Origin: Candidatus Limnocylindrales bacterium
Lineage (GTDB): Bacteria; Chloroflexota; Limnocylindria; Limnocylindrales; CSP1-4
Assembly: GCA_036556145.1 (NCBI GenBank)
Contig: DATBKB010000095.1
Span: 809 to 64,808, forward strand
Direction of reading: 5' to 3'
DNA: 64,000 bases
Part shown: positions 22,911 through 36,142 of the stretch, piece after piece
Layout of the letters: each line of letters opens with the position of its first letter
Numbering within the stretch: the stretch's first letter is position 1
The notes under the pieces: generated by a model
Told to the model about the DNA's origin: nothing
Seen by the model: the letters and a program-made list of their open reading frames with translations, nothing else
The model's database searches: none
Program-made: the position numbers and the translations under genes

Positions 22911-24239
22911 ATGACCGTCTCGCAGGCCTCGGGGCTCGGCTGGGCGAAGCTCGCGGACGTCGACCCCGAGCTGTGGGAGGCAATGGAGGGCGAGCGCCGC
23001 CGCCAGCACGACAAGATCGAGCTCATCGCCAGCGAGAACTACACCTTCGCCGCGGTCATGGAGGCTCAGGGCAGCTGGCTCACGAACAAGTACGCCGAGG
23101 GGCTGCCCGGCAAGCGCTATTACGGCGGCTGCGAGTTCGTCGACGTCGCCGAGACGCTCGCCCAGGAGCGGGCCCTCGCGCTCTTCCCCGGCGCCGAGCA
23201 CGTCAACGTCCAGCCGCACTCCGGCGCGCAGGCCAACATGGCGGCCTACTTCAGCGTCCTCGACCCGGGCGATCGGATCCTCGGCATGAAGCTCGACCAG
23301 GGCGGCCACCTGACCCACGGGATGAAGCTCAACTTCTCGGGTCGCCTGTTCGAGGTCCACGCGTACGGCGTCCGCGAGGACGACGAGCGGATCGACTACG
23401 ACGCGCTCGAGCGCCAGGCGAAGGAGGTCCGCCCGAAGGTCGTCGTCGCCGGCGCCTCGGCCTACCCGCGGATCATCGACTTCGAGCGGATGGCCGCGAT
23501 CGCCCACGGCGTCGGGGCGCTGCTGTTCGTCGACATGGCCCATATCGCCGGCCTCGTCGCGGCCGGCCAGCACCCGAGCCCGTTCCCGCACGCCGACATC
23601 GTCACGACCACGACGCACAAGACCCTTCGCGGCCCGCGCGGCGGGCTGATCTTCTCGCGCGAGAACCTCCCCCGCGAGATCGACGCGACCGCGTTCCCGA
23701 ACGTCAAGACGACGCTCGCCGCGACCATCGACAAGACGGTGTTCCCCGGGGTCCAGGGCGGACCGCTCATGCACGTCATCGCGGGCAAGGCCGTCGCGTT
23801 CCGCCTCGCCGCCGGTGACGAGTTCCGGGCCGACATGGTGCGGACCGTTTCCAACGCCAAGCTCCTGGCCGAGACGCTCGCGGGCCAGGGCGCGAGGGTC
23901 GTGTCCGGCGGCACCGACAACCACCTGATGCTCGTCGACGTGACCCCGCTCGGCGTCACCGGCAAGGAGGCGGAGACCCTCCTCGACGAGATCGGCATCA
24001 CCGTCAACAAGAACCAGATCCCGTTCGACAGGAACCCGGCAAACACATCGTCCGGGATCCGGGTCGGGACGCCGGCCGCGACGACGCGCGGCTTCGGCCC
24101 ACCCGAGATGCGCGCGATCGGGCGGCTCATCGTCGAGGCGATCAACCGGCGCGACGACGCCCGCGCCGGCGAGCGCCTCGCGGCTGAGGTTCGCGACATC
24201 TGCGACCGGTTCCCGGTCCCGGGGCTGCCCGCGGCGTGA
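22911..24239 (+). CDS. glyA: Serine hydroxymethyltransferase
   Basis: 442 aa; full-length SHMT with the PLP-Lys region ([14 protein letters not shown]) and substrate loops. Confidence 0.95.
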   Translation: MTVSQASGLGWAKLADVDPELWEAMEGERRRQHDKIELIASENYTFAAVMEAQGSWLTNKYAEGLPGKRYYGGCEFVDVAETLAQERALALFPGAEHVNVQPHSGAQANMAAYFSVLDPGDRILGMKLDQGGHLTHGMKLNFSGRLFEVHAYGVREDDERIDYDALERQAKEVRPKVVVAGASAYPRIIDFERMAAIAHGVGALLFVDMAHIAGLVAAGQHPSPFPHADIVTTTTHKTLRGPRGGLIFSRENLPREIDATAFPNVKTTLAATIDKTVFPGVQGGPLMHVIAGKAVAFRLAAGDEFRADMVRTVSNAKLLAETLAGQGARVVSGGTDNHLMLVDVTPLGVTGKEAETLLDEIGITVNKNQIPFDRNPANTSSGIRVGTPAATTRGFGPPEMRAIGRLIVEAINRRDDARAGERLAAEVRDICDRFPVPGLPAA

Positions 24240-25357
24240 GGTTCGTCTCCGACGTCGGGGCGACCGTTCCGTTCCTCGTCCTCGCCTTCGCCTCGGCGAC
24301 GGCTCTCGCGTTCGCGCTGACGCCGGTCGTCCGCCGTCTCGCGGTTCGCTACGGGATGGTCGACCGGCCGAACCACCGCCGGGTCAACACCCGGCCGGTG
24401 CCCCGCTCGGGCGGGCTCGCGATCGCGGCGGCATTCCTCGCGGTGGCCGCGGTGCTCGTGGCCCTGAACCTCGTCTTCGAGTGGGTCAGGATGCCGCCCC
24501 CGCTCAACGAGTGGCACCTCGTCGCGTTGCTCGGCGGCGGGGCGGCCGCGGCGGCGATCGGCTTCATCGACGACGCGCTCGATCTCCGCGCCCGATGGCA
24601 GCTGCTCGGCCAGGTCGCGCTCGCGGTGGGGGCCGTCCTGCTCGGCGTCCAGATCGCGACGGTCAACAACCCGTTCGCCGATGGCGTCATCCGCTTCGAC
24701 GAGCCGGTCATCCCGCTCATCACGGTCCTCTGGATCATCGGGATGATCAACAGCGTGAACTTCATCGACGGCCTCGACGGGCTGTCGTCGGGGATCGGGC
24801 TCATCGCGGCGTTGACGCTGGGCGTCATCAGCCTGACGGTCCAGATCCAGCAGCCGTTCGTCGGGGTGCTCTGCTTCGCGCTCGCGGGCGCGCTGCTGGG
24901 ATTCCTCCGCTGGAACTTCAACCCGGCGTCGATCTTCCCGGGCACGAGCGGCACGATGTTCATCGGCTACACGCTGGCGGTCCTGTCGGTTCTCGGCAGC
25001 GCGAAGGTCGCGGTCGCCCTGCTCGTCCTCGGCGTCCCGATCATCGACGCCTTCTGGATCATCGTCCGCCGCCTCGTCGCGCGGCGTTCGCCCTTCACGC
25101 CCGACCGCGGCCATATCCATCACCGGCTGCTCGACCTGGGGCTGTCGCACCGGCAGACGGTCGTGCTGATCTACGGGATCTGTGCGGCGCTCGGCGTCCT
25201 GTCCCTCGTTCTCAGCGGTGCGAGCCAGGTCTACGCGTTCCTCGGCGTGTTCGTCGGGACGGGCCTGCTGTTGCTGCTGCTTGCGTGGGGCAAACTCGGC
25301 GACGGCGCCCTCGAGGCGGAGTCCTACGAGCCGGAGACCGGAGCGGATCGCGGCTGA
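24236..25357 (+). CDS. wecA: UDP-GlcNAc:undecaprenyl-phosphate GlcNAc-1-phosphate transferase (WecA/Rfe, MraY-like GT4)
   Basis: Polytopic; MraY/WecA motifs ([16 protein letters not shown]; [15 protein letters not shown]; C-terminal [10 protein letters not shown]); start overlaps the glyA stop. Confidence 0.85.
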   Translation: MRFVSDVGATVPFLVLAFASATALAFALTPVVRRLAVRYGMVDRPNHRRVNTRPVPRSGGLAIAAAFLAVAAVLVALNLVFEWVRMPPPLNEWHLVALLGGGAAAAAIGFIDDALDLRARWQLLGQVALAVGAVLLGVQIATVNNPFADGVIRFDEPVIPLITVLWIIGMINSVNFIDGLDGLSSGIGLIAALTLGVISLTVQIQQPFVGVLCFALAGALLGFLRWNFNPASIFPGTSGTMFIGYTLAVLSVLGSAKVAVALLVLGVPIIDAFWIIVRRLVARRSPFTPDRGHIHHRLLDLGLSHRQTVVLIYGICAALGVLSLVLSGASQVYAFLGVFVGTGLLLLLLAWGKLGDGALEAESYEPETGADRG

Positions 25358-25553
25358 GGCGGGTTTGGGATGTCACGACCACCAGGCCGTCTGACGGAAC
25401 GATTTCGCACCGCGGAGTAAGCTGGGGCGACGCTCCCGCGCTCCAGGCCGGAGCTGCCACCCCCACGACGTGAGGAGCCGTCCGCGAGGGGTCGACTGTC
25501 CGGTTTCCTGAGGGCGGACCGGGTCGGAGCGCCGGGTCGACAGTGGGGAGGCC

Positions 25554-26336
25554 ATGTCGCTCAGCCAGCCGAAGCCTGACCCGATCGATTCGCCGCCGAC
25601 CGAGACGTGGCCCGACGTTCCGCATCTCCGGCTGGCCCCGCCACTGCCTGTCGAGGAGGGCGCCCCTGCCGCCCCTCCACGGGCCAGGCGGCAGCCGCGG
25701 GCGCGCCGATCGCGCCCGCTGCTCGAAGCGCACGTCTGGACCGACCTGCCGGCCGAGGCGAAGTGGCGTGCCCGCCCGATGGCGCTCGGGAAGGTCAGGC
25801 GGAGCCGCATCGCCGCCCCCGTCGTCCACAGGCGCGGTGCCGCCTTCGCGCTCGCGGCCGCGGGCGCGCTCGCGATCGCGGCGCTGGCGATCGCCGGCCG
25901 CCCCGACCAGGGGCCGGACCAGGCCGTGCTGGGGCTCGCGACCGACGCCACGAGCTCACCCACGGTGCTGGCGAGCAAGGGGTACTCGCTCACGATCGAG
26001 CCGACCGCATCGCCCACCGCCGGATCGCCATCGGCCCAGCCCCCGCCGACCGCGTCGCCGACGCCAACGGCCGAGCCGACGGTCCTGCCCACGGCTCCCG
26101 TCATCACGGCTCCGGGAACCCCTCGTCCGACGGCGGCCCCGACCGCGACGCCACGACGCACGCCGCGTCCCACACCGAGACCGACGCCGGTGCCCACGCC
26201 GGTGCCGACCCCGCCTCCGACGCCCACACCGACGCCGACCCCGACGCCCACACCGACGCCGACCCCCACTCCGACCCCGGAACCAACTCCGACTCCGACT
26301 CCGACTCCGACCCCGCTCGTCACCGAGATCCCCTGA
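25554..26336 (+). CDS. Hypothetical membrane-anchored protein with Pro/Thr-rich repeat C-terminus
   Basis: Central TM helix (AAFALAAAGALAIAALAIAG) followed by ~120 aa of TP/PT repeats (TPTPTPTPTPTPEPTPTPTPTP) encoded by an imperfect ccgac(g/c)cc microsatellite at ~26150-26320. Codon bias could mimic a gene here. Confidence 0.45.
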   Translation: MSLSQPKPDPIDSPPTETWPDVPHLRLAPPLPVEEGAPAAPPRARRQPRARRSRPLLEAHVWTDLPAEAKWRARPMALGKVRRSRIAAPVVHRRGAAFALAAAGALAIAALAIAGRPDQGPDQAVLGLATDATSSPTVLASKGYSLTIEPTASPTAGSPSAQPPPTASPTPTAEPTVLPTAPVITAPGTPRPTAAPTATPRRTPRPTPRPTPVPTPVPTPPPTPTPTPTPTPTPTPTPTPTPEPTPTPTPTPTPLVTEIP

Positions 26337-26388
26337 CCGGCTCGAACCAGTTCTCCTGCTATACTCCCGCCGCTTTGACAGGTCGCCC

Positions 26389-26613
26389 ATGAACGAGCCC
26401 TTCCGGGCGGGGGCCTATCTCGCCCTCTTCTCGGAAATCGGGTTTCTTCTCCTGGTCACGACCCTCGTCGGAGTGCTTGTCGGGTACTGGATCGACAGGC
26501 AGCTGGCAACGCTTCCCATCTTTGCCGTGGCGGGCTTGTTCGTCGGACTCGGCATGGGAGCGGTAGGCGTCAAGCGGCTGATCGATCGGTTCCTGGCGAG
26601 CTTCGACGACTGA
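26389..26613 (+). CDS. AtpZ/AtpI-like small membrane protein preceding the ATP synthase operon
   Basis: 74 aa, two TM helices (MNEPFRAGAYLALFSEIGFLLLVTTLVGVLVGYWIDRQ...), at the position usually occupied by atpI/atpZ. Confidence 0.55.
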   Translation: MNEPFRAGAYLALFSEIGFLLLVTTLVGVLVGYWIDRQLATLPIFAVAGLFVGLGMGAVGVKRLIDRFLASFDD

Positions 26614-26685
26614 CCGAGGCGACCCGTCCGGCCCCAGGGCGCGACGCCGGCGCGGCGACCGGCCGCGCACCAACAGGGAGGAACG

Positions 26686-27777
26686 TTGGCAGGTCGAGGT
26701 GAGCCCGACCGTCGCACGGACGCGGAGCGGCGGATGCAGGAGGCGCTCGGGCCGGAGCTCGCCGGCGACGCCGTCGCCGCGGCGGGCGAGGTCGCTCAGC
26801 CGTCACGGTCTGTCCTCCGGCCGATCCTGCTCGCGACCCTCGGGATCGTCGCCCTTCTCGCGATCGGCTATGTCGTGGCGCCGCCTTTTCCGCCCGGCGG
26901 CCAGCCCGGAGAGCCCATCAACTTCCCGACGGATGCGATCGCGGCCAACTTCGAGCTGCCGGCGCCTCACGTGGTGGTCGACCTCGACAAGAGCTCGCCG
27001 CCCAGCCACGACCTCGTGACGTTCGACCTCACGATCTCCTCGTCGATCCTGACCGGCTGGATCATCATGGCGATCATCGTTGTGCTCGCGATCCTGCTGT
27101 CGCGCGGCATCGAGGTCATGCCGTCACGCGCGCAGAACGCGCTCGAGTACGTCTACGAGGGCCTGGCCAACTTCGCGACATCGCTTGGCGGCCCGGCGGC
27201 CCGCCGCTACGTGCCGATCTTCGCCGCGCTGTTCGTGTTCATCCTGTTCTCGAACTGGAGCGGCCTCCTGCCGGGGGTCGGCCGCATCCCGCAGGTGCGC
27301 GCGCCGACGAGCGACCTCAACGTCACGGCCGGCCTGGCCCTGTTCGCCTTCTCCCTCTTCCACGTCGAGGGCATCCGCAACCTCGGCGTCCGCGGCTACT
27401 TCGGCAAGTTCTTCAGCCTGCGCGCCTTCCGTGAGGAGGGCTTCGGCGCAGGGATCATCGCGCTGTTCGTCGGCGTGATCGAGTTCATGCTCGAGTTCGT
27501 CAAGCCCGTGACGCTGGCGATGCGACTCTTCGGCAACATCTATGGCGGCGAGGTCGCGCTCGGCGTCATCACCGCGCTGACGATCGCGGTGATCCCGGTG
27601 GCGATGCTCGGCCTCGAGGTCCTGCTGAACTTCATGCAGGCGCTGATCTTCTCGGTCCTGACGCTCATGTTCACGCTCATCGCCATCGAGGGCCACCACG
27701 ACCAGGAGCACGCCGACGCGACGCACGACGAGGTCGAGGCGATGCCGAAGGGAGCGGTCGCACCGGTCCACGGCTAG
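26686..27777 (+). CDS. atpB: F0F1 ATP synthase subunit a
   Basis: Conserved C-terminal helices with the essential Arg region (LAMRLFGNIYGGEV..., LNFMQALIFSVLTLMF). Has a ~100-aa N-terminal extension; true start may be the internal Met at 26734. Confidence 0.9.
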   Translation: MAGRGEPDRRTDAERRMQEALGPELAGDAVAAAGEVAQPSRSVLRPILLATLGIVALLAIGYVVAPPFPPGGQPGEPINFPTDAIAANFELPAPHVVVDLDKSSPPSHDLVTFDLTISSSILTGWIIMAIIVVLAILLSRGIEVMPSRAQNALEYVYEGLANFATSLGGPAARRYVPIFAALFVFILFSNWSGLLPGVGRIPQVRAPTSDLNVTAGLALFAFSLFHVEGIRNLGVRGYFGKFFSLRAFREEGFGAGIIALFVGVIEFMLEFVKPVTLAMRLFGNIYGGEVALGVITALTIAVIPVAMLGLEVLLNFMQALIFSVLTLMFTLIAIEGHHDQEHADATHDEVEAMPKGAVAPVHG

Positions 27778-27844
27778 CGCAACAAGGGTCAATTCGGAAC
27801 GTGTGAACCGGCGGTGAGCCGGCTGCTAGGAGGAGCGACACCAC

Positions 27845-28066
27845 ATGGAAATGATCGGAGCGGGACTGGCCGCGCTGGGGGTCATCGGTCCGGGCATCGG
27901 CATCGGGATCCTGACCGGCCTCTCGACGAGCGCCATCGGGCGCAATCCGGACGCCACGCCCCAGATCCGGGCCACCTTCATCATCGGCGCCGCGTTCGCC
28001 GAGGGCCTCGGCGTCCTCGCCGTCGTGGTCGGCCTGCTCGTCATCTTCCTGGGTCGCCCGGCCTAG
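27845..28066 (+). CDS. atpE: F0F1 ATP synthase subunit c
   Basis: 73-aa hairpin proteolipid with the conserved carboxylate helix (IIGAAFAEGLGVLAVVVGLLVIF). Confidence 0.9.
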   Translation: MEMIGAGLAALGVIGPGIGIGILTGLSTSAIGRNPDATPQIRATFIIGAAFAEGLGVLAVVVGLLVIFLGRPA

Positions 28067-28087
28067 GCCGAACCCGCGAGGCTGACC

Positions 28088-28663
28088 GTGGATCTCTACA
28101 CCGTCGCGGCGGCGGCGCAGGAGCTGGCCGCCCTCGCGGCCGAGGAAGGCGCTGCCGAGGCAACGTTCCAGATCAACCTGTTCTGGATCCTCACCCAGGC
28201 AGCGAGCTTCGGGCTGTTCCTCGTCATCCTGTACTTCGCCGCGTTCCGCCGGATCGGCGGCGTCCTCGAGGAGCGGCGCCAGCGGATCGAGCAAGGGCTC
28301 CGCGACGCGGAGCAGGCCCGCCGCGACCGCGAGCGTGCCCAGGAGGAGCACGCCGCGGCCCTGGCCGAGGCGCGGCGCGAGGCGCAGGAGATCCTCGGCC
28401 GGGCGGAGCGGCTTGCCCAGGAGTCGCGGGATGCCGACATCGCCGCCACCCGCGAGGAGCTCGAGCGCATGCGCCAGCGGGCCGCCGAGGACATCGACGC
28501 CGAGAAGCAGCGCGCGATCGCCGACCTCCGCCGCGAGGTCGCCGACCTGGCTCTCGCCGCCGCGACCCGTGTTCTCGGCGAGTCGATGACCGACGAGCGC
28601 CAGCGCCGGCTCGTCAACGAATTCCTGGCCGAGGCCGGGACCACCAGCGACCGGCGCCGCTGA
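28088..28663 (+). CDS. atpF: F0F1 ATP synthase subunit b
   Basis: N-terminal TM helix followed by long charged coiled coil (191 aa); position between atpE and atpH. Confidence 0.8.
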   Translation: MDLYTVAAAAQELAALAAEEGAAEATFQINLFWILTQAASFGLFLVILYFAAFRRIGGVLEERRQRIEQGLRDAEQARRDRERAQEEHAAALAEARREAQEILGRAERLAQESRDADIAATREELERMRQRAAEDIDAEKQRAIADLRREVADLALAAATRVLGESMTDERQRRLVNEFLAEAGTTSDRRR

Positions 28664-29232
28664 TGGCCCGCGGGACGAGTGCCGCTCGTCGCTACGCCGA
28701 GGCCGCCTTCGAGCTTGCCGAGAAGGCGAAGAGCCAAGACGCCTGGGCGAAGGACCTGCGACTCGCGGCCGAGCTCCTCGCCGACGAACGGATCCGGGGC
28801 GTCCTCGACAACCCCGCCGTTCCGACCGCGGATCGCGATTCGCTCGTCACGAAGCTGCTCGGCAAGCGCGTCTCCGGGCAGGTCGGAAATCTCGTCCGGC
28901 TGCTCGCGCAGCGCAACCGGATCGAGCTCCTGCCCGTGGTCGCCGCCGAGTTCCGGCGCCTCCTCAACCGCCAGAACGGCGTCGTCGAGGCGATCGTCAC
29001 GAGCGCACTCCCGCTCACGCCCAAGGAGCTCGAGGCCCTCCGCAAGCGCCTCGAGGGGATGACCGGCGCGACCGTCGAGCTCGAGACCGCGGTCGACGAC
29101 TCGCTCATCGGTGGCCTCACGGTCCGGATCGGTGACCGGCTCCTCGACGCGAGCGTCCGCGGCCGGCTCGAGCGACTCCGCAAGCAGCTCAGCGGCCGCG
29201 GCGGCGCGGGCAGCGTGGCGAGCCTGCGGTGA
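28663..29232 (+). CDS. atpH: F0F1 ATP synthase subunit delta
   Basis: OSCP/delta family (MARGTSAARRYAEAAFELAEKAK..., C-terminal LIGGLTVRIGDRLLDASVRGRLERLRK); ATG overlaps the atpF stop (ATGA). Confidence 0.8.
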   Translation: MARGTSAARRYAEAAFELAEKAKSQDAWAKDLRLAAELLADERIRGVLDNPAVPTADRDSLVTKLLGKRVSGQVGNLVRLLAQRNRIELLPVVAAEFRRLLNRQNGVVEAIVTSALPLTPKELEALRKRLEGMTGATVELETAVDDSLIGGLTVRIGDRLLDASVRGRLERLRKQLSGRGGAGSVASLR

Positions 29233-29289
29233 CGCCGATGACGGCGACCTTCCCGACCTCCACCCCTACAGCACCAACCTGGAGACCCG

Positions 29290-31006
29290 ATGGCCATCAA
29301 GTCTGACGAGATCGTCACGATCATCAAGTCCGCGATCGAGGGCTTCGACGAGAAGACCGAAACGCGCAGCGTCGGCACGGTCGTCGAGGTCGGCGACGGC
29401 ATCGCCCAGATCTACGGGCTGTCGGGCGCACTCGCCTCGGAGCTCCTCGAGTTCCCGAACGGGGTGATGGGCATGGCCCTCAACCTCGAGGAGGAGACCG
29501 TCGGCGCGGTGATCCTCGGCGAATACAAGGAGATCGAGGAAGGCGACACGGTCAAGACGACCGGGCGGGTCGTCGAGGTCCCGGTCGGCCAGGCGCTCCT
29601 CGGGCGCGTCGTGAACCCGCTCGGCCAGCCGCTCGACGACAAGGGCCCGATCGAGTCGAAGCGCACTCGCCCCGTCGAGCGCATTGCCCCAGGCGTCATC
29701 GTCCGCACGGGCGTCGACACGCCGGTCCAGACGGGCATCAAGGCGATCGACGCGCTCATCCCGATCGGCCGCGGGCAGCGCGAGCTGATCATCGGCGACC
29801 GGCAGACGGGCAAGACCGCCATCGCGATCGACGCGATCATCAACCAGAAGGGCAAGGGCCTGGTCTGCGTCTACGTCGCGATCGGCCAGAAGCTCTCGAC
29901 GGTCGCCAAGACCGTGGCCGTTCTCGAGCAGTACGGCGCGATGGACCACACGATCGTCGTCGTCGCCGGCGCCGAGGAACCGGCCCCGCTCCAGTTCCTC
30001 GCGCCCTACGCCGCGACCGCGATGGGCGAGGAGGTCATGGAGGAGGGCGTGGAGCTCGAGGGCAAGACGGTCAAGGATGCCCTGTGCGTCTACGACGACC
30101 TCAGCAAGCACGCCTGGGCCTACCGCGAGATGTCGCTGCTCCTCCGCCGCCCGCCGGGCCGCGAGGCGTACCCGGGCGACGTCTTCTACCTCCACAGCCG
30201 CCTCCTCGAGCGGGCGGCCCGGCTCAACGAGGCCAACGGCGGCGGCTCGCTCACGGCTTTGCCGGTGATCGAGACTCAGGCGGGTGACGTGTCGGCGTAC
30301 ATCCCGACGAACGTCATCTCGATCACCGACGGCCAGATCTTCCTCGAGACCGACCTGTTCAACGCCGGCCAGCGGCCGGCGCTGAACATCGGCATCTCGG
30401 TGTCGCGCGTCGGCTCGGCGGCCCAGACCAAGGCGATGAAGAAGGTCGCCGCGCCGCTCAAGCTCGACCTTGCCCAGTACCGCTCGCTCGCGGCGTTCGC
30501 GCAGTTCGCCTCGGACCTCGACAAGGCGACCCGCGACCAGCTGACGAGAGGCGAGAAGCTGTCCGAGGTCATCAAGCAGCCGCAGTACCAACCCCTGCCC
30601 GTCGAGAAGCAGGTCGCGATCCTCTACGCCGCAACGACGGGCGCGCTCGACGATGTCCCGACGCCGCGGGTCAAGGAGTTCGAGAGCCAGTTCTACCGGT
30701 TCCTCGAAAGCGAGCGGCCGAAGATCCTCCAGGAGATCGGCTCGTCGAACGACCTCAACCCGGATCTCGCCAAAGCCCTCGACGAGGCGATCGAGGCGTT
30801 CCGCGAGGCCTTCGGGGTCGGCCGCCGGGCGGCGAAGGGCGACAAGGCCGAGGCGAAACCCGCGGACCAGGGCGCGGCGAAACCCGACAAGGGCGAGGCC
30901 AGGACGGCCGCCAGGGCCGCGGCGACGTCAGCCGAAACGTCGGGCGCCAAGCCCGCCGCGAAGGCCGATTCGAAGCCGGCCGACGAAGCCGAGGCGAAGC
31001 CGGCGA

Positions 31007-31014
<8 letters not shown>
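29290..31014 (+). CDS. atpA: F0F1 ATP synthase subunit alpha with ~60-aa Lys/Ala/Glu-rich C-terminal tail
   Basis: Walker [19 protein letters not shown]; full alpha subunit followed by a low-complexity tail ([60 protein letters not shown]). Confidence 0.95.
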
Positions 31015-33288
<2,274 letters not shown>

Positions 33289-33291
33289 GCC

Positions 33292-33714
33292 ATGCCGCTC
33301 CTCCTGGAGATCGTCACCCCGGAGCGCCTCGTCTTCTCCGAGCAGGTCGATGCCGTCGTCCTGCCGGGGAGCGACGGCGAGCTGGGCGTCCTGCCACACC
33401 ACGCGCCGCTCGTCTCGACCCTCGGGATCGGCGAGCTGCGGATCCGACGGGGCGGCGAGGAGGAGCTGTTCGCGATCGCCGGCGGGTTCCTCCAGGTCCG
33501 GCCGGACAAGGTCGTGGTCATGGCCGAGACGGCCGACATGGCCTCCGAGATCGATCTGGAGCGGGCCCGCCAGGCCCGCGAGGAGGCCGAGCGCGCCCTC
33601 GAGACCGGCTACCAGGAGGGTGCCGACCTCGCCGCCGCGCGGGCGGCCCTCCAGCAGGCGCTCCTGCGGATCCGGGTCGCCGAGCGGCGCCACCGCGAGG
33701 GTCGCCGGCGCTGA
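33292..33714 (+). CDS. atpC: F0F1 ATP synthase subunit epsilon
   Basis: Beta-sandwich N-domain (LEIVTPERLVFSEQVDAVVLPGSDGELGVLPHHAPL) plus C-terminal helical hairpin. Confidence 0.9.
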   Translation: MPLLLEIVTPERLVFSEQVDAVVLPGSDGELGVLPHHAPLVSTLGIGELRIRRGGEEELFAIAGGFLQVRPDKVVVMAETADMASEIDLERARQAREEAERALETGYQEGADLAAARAALQQALLRIRVAERRHREGRRR

Positions 33715-33790
33715 CGCGTACCCGTGCCCCACGGCGTCCGGGCCGGATTGCCACCACATCGGGGGCCGTCGCCCGTCATGATTCGGCCTG

Positions 33791-35137
33791 ATGGCTGACG
33801 CCAAGCCCTTCCAGTGGGAGTACTCGCCCGAGCCCGTGGCCCGGGAGGTGTTCCGGATTCAGGGCGGAACCCCACTGAAGGGCACCGTTCCGATCAGCGG
33901 GGCGAAGAACGCGGCGCTGAAGATGCTCGCCGCGGCCACGCTCACCGGCGAGCGCTGCCGGTTCACGAACGTGCCCGAGATCGAGGACGTCCGGGCGATG
34001 ACCGAGACGCTCCAGGACCTCGGCGTCGTCGTCGACCACCCGGCCCCGAACGTCTACGAGGTCGCCTCGGGCGACGTCGAGTGGCTGTTCGTGCCCCTCG
34101 AGGCGGCGGCCCGGATGCGGGCGAGCTTCGTCCTCCTCGGGCCGCTGCTGAGCCGCTTCGGCCGCGTGATCATCAGCAACCCGGGCGGCGACCGGATCGG
34201 GCGGCGTCCGGTCGACCTCCACGTCGAGGCGATGCGCGCTCTTGGGGCCCAGATCGAGTACCGCAACGGCTACTTCTTCGCGACCGCGCCGGGCCGGCTC
34301 CGCGGCGCCGAGGTGCGGTTCCCGCTCGTCTCCGTCATGGGCACGGAGAACGCGATGCTCGCGGCGAGCCTCGCCGACGGCCACACGGTCATTCGGCCGG
34401 CCGCCCAGGAGCCGGAGGTCGACGACCTCATCGCGTTCCTCCAGAAGATGGGCGCCGAGGTCGAACGGACGTACGAGGACACGATCGAGGTCGAGGGCCG
34501 CCGCCGCCTCCGGGGCGCGGAGCATCGGGTCATCCCCGATCGAATCGAGGCCGGCACGTTCGTTGTTGCCGCGGGCGTCACCGGCGGCACGCTTCGGCTC
34601 GAGGGCGCGCCGTGCGAGCATCTGCAGGCCTTCGTCGACGTCGTCGGCCGGTCGGGACTGTCGATCGCCTGCGGCCGCGACACGATCGAGGTCGATGCGA
34701 CGGCCGTCGGCCCCGGCGCGTACCGGCCCACGGACATCGAGACCGCGCCGTACCCCGGCCTCGCGACCGACCTCCAGCCGCCGACCTCGGTGTTCCTCAC
34801 CCAGGCGAACGGCCGCTCGACCGTCCACGAGACGATCTTCGAGGACCGCCTCGAGTGGCTGACCGAGCTCCGGCGCATGGGCGCGAGCGTCGAGATCCTC
34901 GACCCGCACCGCGCCGCGATCGACGGCCCGGCCCGGTTGCGCGGCACGGACGTGGAGATCGGCGACCTGCGCGCCGGCGCATCGTTGATCCTCGCCGCGC
35001 TTGCCGCGGAGGGCACGACGACGATCCGGGGGGCTCATCACGTGCACCGGGGGTATGAGAACATCGAGCGCAAGTTCCTGGACGTCGGGGCCAGGATCGA
35101 GCGCCTGGCAGAGAGGGCACTGGCGACCCGCGCATGA
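33791..35137 (+). CDS. murA: UDP-N-acetylglucosamine 1-carboxyvinyltransferase
   Basis: EPSP-synthase-fold MurA ([14 protein letters not shown], catalytic loop region); 448 aa; short N-terminal extension. Confidence 0.9.
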   Translation: MADAKPFQWEYSPEPVAREVFRIQGGTPLKGTVPISGAKNAALKMLAAATLTGERCRFTNVPEIEDVRAMTETLQDLGVVVDHPAPNVYEVASGDVEWLFVPLEAAARMRASFVLLGPLLSRFGRVIISNPGGDRIGRRPVDLHVEAMRALGAQIEYRNGYFFATAPGRLRGAEVRFPLVSVMGTENAMLAASLADGHTVIRPAAQEPEVDDLIAFLQKMGAEVERTYEDTIEVEGRRRLRGAEHRVIPDRIEAGTFVVAAGVTGGTLRLEGAPCEHLQAFVDVVGRSGLSIACGRDTIEVDATAVGPGAYRPTDIETAPYPGLATDLQPPTSVFLTQANGRSTVHETIFEDRLEWLTELRRMGASVEILDPHRAAIDGPARLRGTDVEIGDLRAGASLILAALAAEGTTTIRGAHHVHRGYENIERKFLDVGARIERLAERALATRA

Positions 35138-36132
35138 AGATCGGGATCGACCTCGGGACGGCGAACGTCCTCGTCTACGTCAAGGGCAAGGGCATCGTCA
35201 TCCAGGAGCCGTCGGTCGTGGCGGTCAGTGACGACAACCGGATCGTCGCCGTCGGTGAGGAGGCGCGGGAGATGATCGGGCGAACGCCCGGCAACATCAC
35301 CGCGATCCGGCCGATGAAGGACGGTGTCATCGCCGACTACGTCATCACCGAGGCGCTGCTCCGCTTCTTCATCGGCAAGGCGACGAAGAGCCGGATCGCG
35401 CTCACGAAGCCGGACGTGATGATCAGCGTCCCGGCCGGCGTGACGAGCGTCGAGAAGCGGGCGGTTCGCGACGCCGCCCTCAAGGCGGGAGCGAAGGAGG
35501 CCTACCTCATCGAGGAGCCGCTCGCGGCGGCGATCGGCGCGAACGTCCCGATCAGCGGGCCGTCGGGGAACATGGTCATCGACATCGGCGGCGGGACGAC
35601 GGAGATCGCCGTCATCGCCCTCGGCGGGATCGTCGTCTCGACGTCGCTCCGTGTCGGCGGCAACAAGTTCGACGAGGCGATCGCGAGCTACATCCGCAAG
35701 AAGTACAACCTCATGATCGGCGAGCGCACCGCCGAGGAGGTGAAGATCGCGATCGGGACGGCGCTGCCGCTCGAGCGCGAGCTGTCGATGGAGGTCCGCG
35801 GCCGCGACCTGATCGCCGGGTTGCCGCGGACGATCCCGATCACGAGCTCCGAGGTCATGGAGGCGATCGAGGCGCCGCTTCAGCAGCTCGTCGGGGCCGT
35901 ACGGGGCGTCCTCGAGCAGACGCCGCCCGAGCTGTCGAGCGACATCATCGACAAGGGCATGGTCCTCTCGGGTGGCGGGGCGCTGCTTCGCAACATCGAC
36001 AAGCTGCTGACGCAGGTGACCGGCGTGCCCTGCCACGTGGCCGAGAACTCGCTCAACTGCGTCGCCCTGGGGACCGGTCTCGCCCTCGAGCACTTCGACT
36101 TCTTCAAGAAGTCGCTCGTGCAGCAGCTCTAG
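35134..36132 (+). CDS. mreB: Rod shape-determining actin homologue MreB
   Basis: [31 protein letters not shown]..., phosphate-1/2 and adenosine motifs of the actin/Hsp70 fold; 332 aa. Confidence 0.9.
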   Translation: MKIGIDLGTANVLVYVKGKGIVIQEPSVVAVSDDNRIVAVGEEAREMIGRTPGNITAIRPMKDGVIADYVITEALLRFFIGKATKSRIALTKPDVMISVPAGVTSVEKRAVRDAALKAGAKEAYLIEEPLAAAIGANVPISGPSGNMVIDIGGGTTEIAVIALGGIVVSTSLRVGGNKFDEAIASYIRKKYNLMIGERTAEEVKIAIGTALPLERELSMEVRGRDLIAGLPRTIPITSSEVMEAIEAPLQQLVGAVRGVLEQTPPELSSDIIDKGMVLSGGGALLRNIDKLLTQVTGVPCHVAENSLNCVALGTGLALEHFDFFKKSLVQQL

Positions 36133-36142
36133 GCCGAGTTCC

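Noticed and set aside
25373-26323. 316-aa minus-strand ORF made of GVGVGV repeats
   Set aside because: Reverse-complement reading of the (TP)n-encoding microsatellite. The plus-strand frame has an upstream TM anchor and better context, and neither frame is strongly supported beyond that.
26361-26380. TATACT / TTGACA hexamers upstream of atpZ as the atp operon promoter
   Set aside because: The -10-like hexamer precedes the -35-like hexamer, and TTGACA lies only 9 nt from the ATG; this is not a credible sigma70 arrangement.
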